Positions 47,701 to 56,327 of a stretch of DNA of 64,000 nucleotides are shown one piece after another. Made by a program: the position numbers and the translations under genes. How positions within the stretch are numbered: position 1 is the first letter of the stretch; the number at the start of each line of letters is the position of its first letter. Origin of the DNA: Setoptus koraiensis (lineage: Eukaryota; Animalia; Arthropoda); contig CM106586.1 in NCBI GenBank assembly GCA_048013815.1, positions 6,572,001-6,636,000 on the forward strand, written 5' to 3'. The notes under the pieces were generated by a model. It was not told the DNA's origin. It did not search any database and saw nothing but the letters and a program-made list of their open reading frames with translations.

Positions 47701-48774
47701 CAACTGTCCAACGACGACAAGCCGGCAACGATGACGCAACAGTTTAACAACAACAACCATAGCAACAACAACAATAATAACAACAATAACAACAACAACA
47801 ACAACCAGGCCAAATCCAGGTCAAACAGCGCCACCAGTGGCAACAAGGTGGCGCACGTGGCGGTGGCCGCATCGTCGGTCAGCACCATGATTAAATTGGC
47901 CACGTCGGCAGGCAACGAAACCGTTCACTGTAACACGTCCTCGTCGGACAGCGGCGCCTCGAGCTGCGTGCATCACCAGTGGTCATGGGAGCAGCAACAG
48001 CAGCGGCACGGTGCGGCCAACGGTCAGCAGCAGCAGCGGCATCGGCACCGCGCGGTTGGCGGTCAGCAGCAGGTGAGCTCGGACTCGGGCGTTGCCGACC
48101 AGTTGTACCCGGTGCCGCAGCCGCACCAACTCGCTGATCAGCCGGCGGGCGATTGCGTAATGACGGGCGCCGGCGACAGGTCGCCGGTGAAACAAGCTAG
48201 TGACACTAACAGTAGCCGGCGCAACAGCGGCAACAACCACGCCAGCAACAACAACAGCAACAACAACAACAACAGCAAGATGTTCGCCCAATGGACCAGC
48301 AAAATCCGAGTGGCCAGACTGGTGACGGGCGGGGGCGCCGGCAAGCGAGCATCTGTCGCCGGCAACAAGCAGCACCAAGCCAACTGCTGCACCACAGCTA
48401 ACAGCAGCAACAACAACAACCATTCCGGGCAAATTAGCCGGTCTGCCCGCACCAGCTGTTGCGAGCACGCCAACAGCAATCACAATCTAAATATTTATAC
48501 GGGCCACAACAACAGCAACAACAACAACACCAACAGCAGCAACAACAACAACAACAACAACAGCGACAACAACAACAACAACAACGACACGGCGGCTGAC
48601 ATTGCGCAACAGCGGCACCATTTCGTGCACAACCGGAAGCAGCAGTTTGACTGTTACAATGCGGCGGACACGGACAACCAGGCACAGCTCAGATCGCTCT
48701 CGTGCCCGAGCTCGGGCGCGTCTACGCCCACGCCCTCGAAGCGACGCACGGGCAAAGTGCGTAGCGGTAAGTGA
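38788..48774 (+). CDS. Giant low-complexity coding exon (3,328 aa; Q/S/A/N/P/G-rich, predicted disordered) of an unidentified gene
   Basis: 9,987-nt open frame. Homopolymer runs read as Q, N, S, T and internal repeats keep the frame. A strong donor gcg|GTAAGT at 48767 lies two codons before the stop, so the protein probably continues in downstream exons. No globular domain recognised. Confidence 0.8.
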   Translation: MSYPRQLLRLGTCETGGDASAPVAASSSDAGHRLDERSDIRLDGGGHSIEQQRQQLALDDRHQLGPQWWARKAPLSAPPTSANCSSSSSSCRLYNAAGAASEQQFDSYLHNQPLGVQPIPMARSSATLNGHGPTGELAMMQLTFEQTFEQQQITEQQQITVQQQRPRRKLPARPAASQLAAAGSVQLSRSAGDHWLLVASDHELPALQHVLADGGATNCAPNELGVGTGENVTALQQRQQQTEQQQTGALSATAVNLRSNSESRLLLRRHHRFRQQQQLQQQQMAWSAGTVDAGAASHTNDATNEQTNLDLERGTRAPQMLANGPTTRDLSQTPADALPTNSDCVATSGSATGSPSSNCHQQLSYVHAGYVSADCRASRVSSVGSMGSMGSMGSMGSMGDYRYGRYQCRATSDTGDTCDTFDAVDAVDAGDLAGTQNAGPLQSADQFTCRAAVLSPVPARTTNHGGNGGVINRYSKFNRTIPAHQNESQLSTARWRQRRNLPKRPASCTTAPPTTAPPPAAPAQQLGITTMVNHNTIQNTNTDNTNTNATLNKANNATINNTNNATLNNTNIATRNNTNPVQQSFPNNLPTNLCLPLDRARANSLADNTDVLMAAGRQWPRATGNEDATLDESEPARQVPLELAVTSRRSSPTYNCQRSMSLLTPGYNSQATTPIGGALMTAESGTMLTSDATAGWQACYDDRRDSLQLLQQRQQLSQRLPGADLIISGDSPDPTIATGQAIMASEALIDNNPVPSGAHNNSPVPMGPTATPAPGDANNSTDNGATISNCAHSSGRFDGQSAAGGGFVNFGPNRHQLPPMADYCAGAPGQPTALRAAKWSLGGAPPTLVAPTLAGQTAASGIIDCGGGGQIIRAADKAPQPARDGQSGPLACVQASSFSVMTLTAATSQTTTTTAPTSTVTSGGPTGPPPGDSASQQRYERYIGGPITVAQSQANSSSLAAQDTPIVAAAIAQLGPAQHEHGPHMRAGLPSCLAKVGQSASISVAGAVPSCRPSSSSSSSPCKPLSATKSCEAPSLGGQWQQPARQAAHRPPAPQQQQQQQQQQQHQQQQQPSWQRLQRTSSGPPSVSGCWSQQQQQQQHQQHQQQHRHRKPFHSAPTSGEQVPASARSPLAFQSEAPSQSEAPFQLEAPFQSEAPALQSEAPPLQSVEQYEAPASPMIRVLRGAFAFIGFTTAATATTTTATTTVTAQPATTVTDDTQQTTDTSEPNSQHANTPTTCHAANNTSSTSNSALEQPEMEQQRRRPIVRGNSIASQQCLKTTIPAKTRLLLSTKSHDQSQLIMPNDCLYAPGGPDLGAAPVPDQRHLGHHSSGSYSSGSPGTATAASASNSLMVATGVAQLINQTSPSSSSFDQQAARSPMGDYAPYGANLRHQQQHQQHSLAQYGHQVRVINVARRHRSGAHHGHRHRRRHAHPNRLAAPMYAGQRADSSASSGSCSSSSSSRSVSPSPAAAAATVNQPQFDGTPMAPLGAPARVAPVPPLVPAVPAMGNFVQPPAPTQQQQQPPLQQDPMAGQPIQVRRHRRLPPIPTAAQQQQHQTRFGGVAQGAGDPDIIGQQQQQQQINQSHNQIVQASQQPQQQRGLVSVPMHPSTGGQSMIMSDHVTIGATDRRPSVLSQNSLSLVRSERSRSGSSSSGSLAGGSQTPSPRTPNTSNNAPQQPQQPQQPQQPQHHQQPQKVRIQMAAPSAGNRRQQLASASSSSLTSNSCSTSTMSTSASLTSQQQHSSSTVNLNNGPLASAPADQQQQQQQQQQQQQQQRQQQQHTNNQRFVFEFPPAPQQPPAPAAPAGQQSSQPANMTPRPSSPPLATRIPQAAGSGGQQHAAMRQPSQQHLKQPDLSTLHRAGSSASIEEITSTINSLWSISNTTATTSNGAAATGSGYSGASNSNNNSNNNKNANFAATACDNSNNSNNSYVSTTNTNNTHHLSYPNNAAASQSATATTRTSSDEQPGQPAGFAECISDHHKKAPVQHSKSNSMNSGGGPANSGPATATGKLTSDIERAVAAAGSIAATVASAASSTPEPGSITNGGAAVDSGGGGLLPVQIYPEAHRSPSGRRLSSCGSGLRANFLSKKQQAIHDTYSSYSVSPPLSSLESSHSKGSCEAPANHSLLVTCGPANRPPSPANTHLGGYGTAFCGIGARAASAQPLFVLEGPTTGGSGGAPGSPTSAGGWRPSSGCLFDSTSSDTYQAGGQQKWHLPASSACSQQHRHVLPPRAASATDSTSHSISGTICLAGAHNNSQSHMGTCASCGVAGSSGSAQPLLIVGLATQSASKLKQQLVANRQTNYQTGDLSAQRPHHPQQQQSQQQQWRLLRPAMSCVEQFNSHGGAVSVPGSCSSNPGSSSCSPNRSSLTAAKQQQPPQLPAVVLATDGGAPDGGTPDGAATGTGTGEPGQQQQQPAVRQARFGSWVARIAPPALSAPASGAPGSRSKSFNQLDTLSRPDGAPRPQSSSGARRRNVRQLPLGRLMSSSSSSSSSSMESRQSNGSLSSGSQNDDDASCAAVATTLHQTDDAATASARPRRHSGRHAPRNKSQRQVRTSRADHEQQDAADCSAATAEQHNSAKQRTLSAAPAFDLEARHQSAATNFYATGQRSVEGAVFGRDGHRLVNESCHALPLNERFKRTQSAANTLFQKVNISRQSTANSAVSDSSMCNINLVGITTTPTASNQQLDHSPAKSDSGTARDSRSKRAGIAHKLSADSSIGFVAGTTGSVGPAAAAAPSGKSKNHLEVTSAQVPPDSLQQQKQLSFVGSRCAPLRAFTFDLHQTHNEQKRRRNKRRHRRRNSKQPAAHDDSLGMTDSDSDGPAHDDGALNNRTQALSSSHCDNTIGADGTTNHEEDEFEWFMRIASSPNNTNNKQPEVACQQQQQQSSAGSGNNRKQQQQLTMTSLVSTYLHWTIAKGRHSMKETSKERRAWRAITRANRGHNNSRADDSEQVFVVTTDDSMTVTAPMQQQQLSNDDKPATMTQQFNNNNHSNNNNNNNNNNNNNNQAKSRSNSATSGNKVAHVAVAASSVSTMIKLATSAGNETVHCNTSSSDSGASSCVHHQWSWEQQQQRHGAANGQQQQRHRHRAVGGQQQVSSDSGVADQLYPVPQPHQLADQPAGDCVMTGAGDRSPVKQASDTNSSRRNSGNNHASNNNSNNNNNSKMFAQWTSKIRVARLVTGGGAGKRASVAGNKQHQANCCTTANSSNNNNHSGQISRSARTSCCEHANSNHNLNIYTGHNNSNNNNTNSSNNNNNNNSDNNNNNNDTAADIAQQRHHFVHNRKQQFDCYNAADTDNQAQLRSLSCPSSGASTPTPSKRRTGKVRSGK

Positions 48775-48787
48775 CGCTCCCCACTTT

Positions 48788-48871
48788 CTTACCTGCATTC
48801 TTAGCTGCATTCTCAGGTGCATTCTCACCTGAACTCTCACCTGTATCCTTAGCTGTATCCTTAGCTGTATT
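48788..48871. repeat. 12-nt tandem repeat just after the giant-exon donor
   Basis: Seven units such as cttacctgcatt, cttagctgcatt, ctcacctgtatc. Confidence 0.88.
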
Positions 48872-49262
48872 ATTGGCTGCAGTTTGCAGTGGATGTGCGT
48901 TTGTGTTTGTGTTATTCACAGTGTGCGATGCTGCCAACTGAACAAGTGCGACGAGTGATGCAATCAAATCGATCAATCAATTATGCTAACGGTTAGTGTG
49001 TGCTGCTGCATCATACAACTTATGCACCATTGGTTACGTCATTAGCATCATCCCATCATTGCGTTGCGTCGCATGTGTGCGTGGGTGTGTGTGTGTGTGT
49101 TTTGCATAAAGTGATATCACGCCGATCATACATAAGATAATGCGCAGACGACGAGAGGGCACGAGCCGGCATAATGCGGCACGAGGCATAATCTCGTCTC
49201 CGAAACGAGCGGTAAACAAGTCAGCTCGAGTGCACCCACAATTCCGCTCACATGAGCCAACT

Positions 49263-49366
49263 GGGCAAACGGGCAAACAGGCAAACGGGCAAACGGGCAA
49301 ACGGGCAAACGGGCAAATGGGCAAATGGGCGAATGAGCGAATAGGCAATTGGGCGATTGGGCGATT
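49263..49366. repeat. 8-nt tandem repeat with a sequence gradient
   Basis: 13 units drifting gggcaaac > gggcaaat > gggcgaat > gggcgatt. Confidence 0.93.
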
Positions 49367-49544
49367 GGGTGAGCGAGCGAAGAAGCGATTGAGTTCGTTT
49401 GAGTGGACACACTCGTTGTGTTGCGCGTGGCGTGTTTATTACGTAATTGTGTGCGCTAAATTGGCTACATAATAGTTAGGGGCAATATCGGCGGACAACA
49501 CTGGCAAGACAATGATCACAGGTGATTTCGCTCGATCAGTTGCC

Positions 49545-49603
49545 GCTTACCTGTTCACTCGGCGATTGCTTACCTGTTCAGTTTGCGATTGCTCACCTGT
49601 TCG
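49545..49603. repeat. 23-nt tandem repeat carrying CTYACCTG
   Basis: gcttacctgttcactcggcgatt, gcttacctgttcagtttgcgatt, gctcacctgttcg. Confidence 0.85.
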
Positions 49604-52600
49604 CGACACACACACACACACGACATGACGTGTAACATTGCGTAATGTTTGCCATGTTTGTTGTTGTTGTCGTTGTTGTTGTTGTTGTCGTTTGTTGTTG
49701 TTGTTGTCGCTGTTGCTGTTGTTGCTGCTGGCGTCACAACGCGCGCAACCTGCGTGCGCGATTCTTAATGAGCTGCATGAATATTCACGCAACCAACAAT
49801 GTAATAAGCAAACGGGGCCAACAATGCGCTCGTAGGCACCAACAATGTAATTATCACCTGTTAGTTTGTTTGTTGCCCGTTTGAGTGTGACAGCTCTGTT
49901 GGCGTCGATCGGGGCGACAATCGCGCCGATCGACACCAACAGAGCGTTGTCACCACAACGGGAGCCGCGCGCACCCGCACCCGCCGCGGACCCGCCGCGC
50001 ACCCGTGGCCAGTCGCCATCATTAAGTGCGCCAAAACACGGCCACTTACACTTATTAACTGCCTATATTTATAGTAGCGTTATTGGCGGTGTTGTTGTTG
50101 GCGTTGCCAGTAATGTTTTTGCTGCTGTCATTATTGCCGGTGTCGCTGTTGTCGTTGCCACAGTTGTTGTTGTTGTCGTTGTTGTTGTCGCTGTCGTTGT
50201 TGCTGTCATTGCCATTGTTGTTGTTGTTGTCGTTGTTGTTGTTGTCGCGACTCGCGACAAATATGCAAATTGCAGTTTGCGGGCCAGCGCAGCCGATGCG
50301 GGATTTGGCTGGCGGTTTGAATGCGGCGGAGTGGAGTGCGCCAAAGTGCCGCCGGTAACTAGCGGCTAGTTGTCGCTAGGCGTTTAGTGCTCGCACTTGT
50401 ATCACTAAGCGATCTTACCAACGGCAAGCGTGCCTGCTCGGCTCACGTAACAAACCGTTAGCCGTAACAGAAACAAACAGCTCGGCTTGTTTTCAAACAA
50501 CAACTAGAGACAAATTATTAATGTAATCATTATGTAACAGTTTTATTGTAGTGCCGCCGTTAGATAATGTAGGCGCTTGTGTTGCCGTATCATCACGTGA
50601 GGCGCACGCGAGTTATCATTATAATAATAGCAAACGGCGCTGCAATAAACTGATAAGACTATTGTGCAATAATAGTAATAATAATTGCGCCGTTAACAAC
50701 AACGCGCCCCTCTCGCATAAAAACAAAACTAAATTGCGCCAGACGGGCCCGCGGATGCAACCGTTGCGCAATTCGCGCCGGCAATCAGCCAGCCAGCCTT
50801 TTGGGTGAAACTGAAAATTTGTTGCCCCCCTCGCTCCCTCTATTTTGGGCAACAAATTTAACTATTCAACTTAAAATTCACAACTCAAACGCACTCTCAA
50901 CTTTGACTCGGCCCCTCGGCTTGGCCTTGACAATGATGAGCCAGCGAAAAGCGCTCGGCGGCCCCGCTCAGGCGCCCACCGAAGCCCACCGGAGCCCACC
51001 GGTGCCGTCGGGGGCCGACGGGGCCAACTGGGGCTACACGTCGGCCCGCAACCATTATAATTGTTGTACCATGGTGGCGCCAAATTCATAATTCAAGAGG
51101 CGTTTTGTGCGCATTCCGGCGGCCACTGTCGGCCACTATGGCCGCCAATCCGCTCTCTTATCGGGCACCCTCGCTGAGTATAAAATTGTGGCACGCATGG
51201 CGGCCGGCTCTAGGTCACGTTTCCACTTTCGGGGGCGCGATTCATTTTTTTAATTACGCTTTTATCTTGCACTCTCAAATTTTCACCATCAATTTTGTTC
51301 CGTTGGCCGGGCGAATTCGCGAGCCAACGCTCACTTGAGCCGCCCTGTTTGAGCCAGCCTGGCGGCCCGATCGCAGGCCGCGCCGCGGTCCGCTGGTCAG
51401 GCCACCTGGTCCGTCGCGGGGACCGCCAGCGCTGCGGACAGCAATCAATGCCGCAGTCAACGGCGGCCCCCCACGGTCAACAGTGGGCGTGCGGAGCGGC
51501 ACAAGGCGGGCGCCGGCGCACGGCGAGCCGCTCGGGTTGCTCAAACCGCTCGGGTCGCTCGAGTCGAGCTGCAATCGCGGACCCGTTCGAATAGCGGACC
51601 CGTTCGAATCTCGATTTTGGAACAGTCATTATCTTGCTTATCTGGGTCATGCCGGGCGCAGGAGTTGGCGCCCGGCGGGCCGATTCGGGCCAAAAGCTAA
51701 TTTTTTCTCCTCCTCGGTGCCGCTCCGGATCGCTGCTAGAATTTCGCTGCCCCATTGGAAACTCTTGAAGCGACTCGAGGCAACTCGAGCGGCTCGGTGC
51801 GCCGCCACCGGGCCGCTTGAGCCAAATTGGGCGCTGGCGAGCATCTTTGATTCTTTAATTATGCTTTATCGTGTTTCCAATGGCAGCAACGGTTTCGCAG
51901 CTAGCGGCTCTGGCGCCCAGCAGCTGGCAGCTAACCGGCGGGCAACATGACACCGACACCGGCCGGCCGCATGCGCGCCAAAACGCGGGCCCCTGTCAAA
52001 ATGGGGGCCCGCCGCGGGCCGAGCTGTGCGCTGCAGCTGAGGCCCGCGGTGCGTTGTGCTCGTTATGTTGTCGCCCGTTTCGGCGAGCCTCGCTTTTCGG
52101 TGGCAGCGGCGGCGGCGGCAGCCAGTTGCCCGGAATGCAACTGGCACGCCTAATCACGTCCATGTGTCGCCAGATATGAGATATTTAGCAGATATGGGGC
52201 GCCACATTAACAGCCGCAGACTTGCGAGCGCGATTGAAATTAAATTTAGTTTCGGTTTGCGAATCAAACTGGGCGCAACGGGCGATGCAATCAACGTTTT
52301 TGCAAACGTCTTGCTAATGCGCATCGCGCATCTATTATCTGTCGCTAATAGACTCGCCAAAGTGCGATCCAGATCGCTGGCGATTCGCACTCCGAACTGG
52401 AATTTGGGGCCCGCTCGCGACAGACTGAGTTCGGCTGGGCTCGGCTGACGTTTGACTGAGTTTGCTTGGGGCCCCCAACTGGGCCCGCCGGCCGAAATGA
52501 ATGCCAGACGCAGCCGCAACTGCGCGAATGGAGCTAATTAGTTGGCAATTAGTTGGCCGAGCTTAGAAATCAGCGGCCAGAGTGGCCAAAGTGGCCCGTG

Positions 52601-53010
52601 CATCAGTGATTGCGTGTTTGGGCGATCGCATCCGTTGGCGGTTGGCGATTGGCCGCTCGGCGAGCTCGAGCAAATTCAGGGCTAGCCGGCCAAGTGGCCC
52701 GAACTGTTTGTTTGCCGGCCATTGTTGGCCGGCTTGAGCCGTGCCCATTGTTGGCTAGCGTCGGCCTGCCCCATTGAGCCGCTGTGAGAGGGCGCTCGAG
52801 AGCTTGGTGGGCCGTGCAGCGGTGGTGAGGTCAATTAGGGCTCGCTAACCGGCCAGCAGGGGCCCGCCTGGAGGGCTTCCCATTGTCACTTGTGGGCCGA
52901 GCGAGCGGCCTGGGCAATCGGCCTGGCGCGTTATAGGCGGCCCAGCTCGGGCCGGCCAAAGTGGCGGCTCGACGCCGTTGCTGGTGAACGCGAGGCGCCC
53001 CCAAGTTGCG

Positions 53011-53077
53011 CAGTGTCCGCCGATGTCCGCCAATGTCCGCCAGTGCCCGCCAGTGCCCGCCAGTGTCCGCCAATGTC
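53011..53077. repeat. 10-nt tandem repeat
   Basis: cagtgtccgc-like unit x6.7. Confidence 0.92.
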
Positions 53078-53706
53078 AACGGCCCCGACGGCGCCCACCG
53101 TCAATGTCATTGCCAAAGAGGCGCCAGCGACGACATTGAATTATGCAATTGAGCCATCAGTATATGCTCATGGGGTGCAAGCTCGCGAGGTGTATATGCA
53201 CTGGCAATCATCACTATTCGCGGCCGTCGCTTGTCCCCCGAGCTGTCACCGAGCTGTCGCCGAGCCTGTCGCAAACAGCTTATTTATATCCCGCTAATGA
53301 GAATGCTCGATGAATGTAATTTGTATCGCATTTGTGGCCAATACGGGCCCGCTATTCATATTATGCTCAGGTCACTTCGGGCTGGGCATTGCCAATATCG
53401 CCCGTCCGAGGGCCGGCCGCGGGAATAGTCGCACCGCGACAGGAAATTTTTCGGGGGCCCGAAACAGCGCGCCCGAACTGACAAGTGCCCGTCGAGTATC
53501 GATAGTATCGAGTGACATTGGCAGCATAACAGCATGTCGGCATACTCGCATATTCACGGTGCGGTTCGCGGTGCCGCTCGGGCCTGGCCCCTGGACACGG
53601 GCACTGGCGGCCGGCGATGTTTGTGTTTGTGTGCTTGTAGCTGCGGCCTCTGCCGACCAGACAGTCTGGTCAGCGTCGGGCCGTCGGGCCGTCGGGCCGG
53701 CTTCGT

Positions 53707-53781
53707 TTGGGCACACTGGCTTGTCGGCTGATTGGGCACACTGGTTGATCGGCTGATTGGGCACACTGGTTGGTCGGCTGA
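53707..53781. repeat. 25-nt tandem repeat
   Basis: ttgggcacactgg(ctt/ttg)..tcggctga x3, head to tail, with a decayed fourth copy near 53805. Confidence 0.92.
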
Positions 53782-56250
53782 TCGCCGGTCGAGCCGGGCT
53801 GCGATCGGGCGCACTGGTTTGTCGGCAATCAGCCGGCCAGGCGGGCCGGGTCACGCCAGTGAGTGGCCGGGTCGGGCAAACATATGACGAGCGTGCAACA
53901 TAATTAACGCTTGTTTCTTGTTTATGCTGGCCGGTTTGTTATTCCCGGAAAAATGCCCCCGTTTCCCGCCATTCGCGGGCCGCCGCACTGACAGCGCGAG
54001 CAGCGGCCGCCGCCCGCGCCCGTCTAATCTGATATAATTATCCGAGACGCATCATGACGCGATATGCTGTCTGGCGGCGGGCGGCGGTCGCACGGCCAGA
54101 CATAACGGGGCACTTTTTTCCGATTGGCCATATTGTTGTGTCTGGCTGTTTAAATTGGCCAGCAGCAGCAACATGGCGCAAATGAGTATTGATTGTGGGG
54201 CCGGCCGTCGTATTTATTCCCCACTAATGATGCAATGCAGCGCTAATTCGCGCGTTGCCTCAATCCGCCGCTCGGATCGCTTTCGATCATCGGGTTTCGA
54301 TGATCGGGCTTAGCAGCGCCGGCGACACCCACCGGCGAGACCGACAGGCGAGACCCACTGGCGAGAGGGCGAGCGGCGACACGACAGACGCATCGCCAAT
54401 CGGACATATCGCACATGGCGGCGCTAACAGCGGCCAGACGCCTAAACACGATAGATGGCGCAGACAGTGCACATGTTGCAATATAGCCTGGCACGATGGA
54501 GGCGCCACCCGGTGGACAGTTCGGGCCAGAAATGAGAGAGCGCGCCGGAAAATTAGCTGTCTAGACAGAGCCCTAGACAGAGAGAGAGAGTGTAGTTGTT
54601 TGCCAACGGCCGAACTCGGTGTGTTAAGTGTCAGTTGGGGCCGGTCCGGCGGGCCGCGCGCGCGGCTCTGCGGGCTCCTGACTCGAGATTGTCGAGCGCC
54701 TTGGGGCCCGGGTCAAGCGGCTCGCGGGTCCCGGCTCAGATGGCCTAGATGGCCGAGATGGCGTGCACAGGATGGCGAGCGCCCAAAACTGCATGTTGTC
54801 AAGTTTGTTTGTTTGCTCTTGTTCCGTTAACTGATACGGCTGAGCGCCAAGTGACGCACACGCTCACTGTGTTGCAAAACATTTACGACGCTGCACAGGT
54901 GAGTTACCTGAGCTAACATTTACCTGGGCACCAAGGCCCGTTACGACGCTGCACCTCGGTGCACGGTCATTGTGGTGCACCGTGGTGCAAGCGGATAATA
55001 GTTGCGGCATAATTGTGTGTGTCGCTGACGATTGCCACTTTCGACAATGGCCGGCAACGGTCGACAGCGGCCAGCGTGTAATCAGCACCCGACTTGATGA
55101 GCGGGCCCCTAAATGAGCGGCTAGCGCCTCAGATTAGCGCGTTGTTAACATATATATATAACACATTAACATATATATACTGGTGCACATACGTGTGATA
55201 CGCCGGCATACACACATATACCGATATGTCACCGATATACATCACATTTATACCGGTATGTATACCGTGTGCAAGCGAGGCTGCGGGGCCCCAGAAGCCA
55301 GAGTTTACACAATGAGCACTCTACACTGTAGAGCAGGGTGAGGCGCCTCTGGCCCCTGTACGCGACAACATGAGGCAGCTTGCCCGTCCGCCGCACTCAC
55401 CCGTGCGCTTACCTGTTCGCCGCTGTCGCCCGTGCAACCCGAGCGCTGACCTGTGCGGACCCGCCCCTCAGTGTAAAGTGCAGTGCCGTTTGTCCCGTGT
55501 CATTTTAATGCGCGTCAAATGTCCGGCTGAGGTGTAGATGTGTGCGTGCGTGTGTGTCGTGCACTCACAGTTGCCATTGTCTAGCCATTATTACACAATA
55601 CAAGCAAGTTGCATTACGTAACTCAATATTAGGCCGGTGGCGCAACTTTGTCGCTGATGGCGACTTTTGATCACCGGCGATCACACACACACACGCACAC
55701 GCACACACCGTAATGCAATGACTCAACCCAGTGTACTTGTGAGGCAGTTGCTGCAGGGGCCCCATTGGCCCCGTTCGCCCGTGCACCGTGCCGTGTGTCA
55801 TGGCGTAATATTACATTACATGTATATAGTGGATATTTTTGCAGTTAGCCATTAGCAGCAGTGTTGTGATGTGAGAGATGGCCGCCAATCGCTAGAGATC
55901 GCCAGTGATCGCCGGCGATTGCCGGCCAGTGGCCCGGCTCAAGCGTGAAAGTGTCGTTATGAAGAGTGTTGCGCGAGTGACCGGCGGTAATTGGCGGGTA
56001 TTATATTTAGTACGGTCATGTGATATTGTTATTATTTGTTTCGCAAATCAAACTCGCGCCCCATTGCGACACTTTGGGCAGCCCGACTCGGCCGCACTGC
56101 AAACTCATACTGCAAACTCATACTGCAGACTGTCGCCCATGTCAGACAAATCCGTTTATAAACATGGCGCTATTAATAGATATGAGCCGTTGTCTAGACG
56201 GGTCGTCGCGCTGACACGCTAAGTGGGCGCCAGTTGGATATTTCTGGGCA

Positions 56251-56327
56251 TGGCTGGGTATGGCTGGTGATGGCTGGATATGGCTGGTGATGGCTGGTGA
56301 TGGCTGGATATGGCTGGATATGGCTGG
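56251..56327. repeat. 10-nt tandem repeat
   Basis: tggctgg(gta/tga/ata) x7.7. Confidence 0.93.

Noticed and set aside
38772-48976. Dozens of ORFs overlapping the giant ORF
   Set aside because: Expected in GC-rich, CAG-rich sequence with few stop codons; products are poly-L/C/A mirror translations.
53707-53781. 25-nt repeats as a CRISPR array
   Set aside because: Units are head to tail with no unique spacers, there are no cas genes, and the context is eukaryotic.
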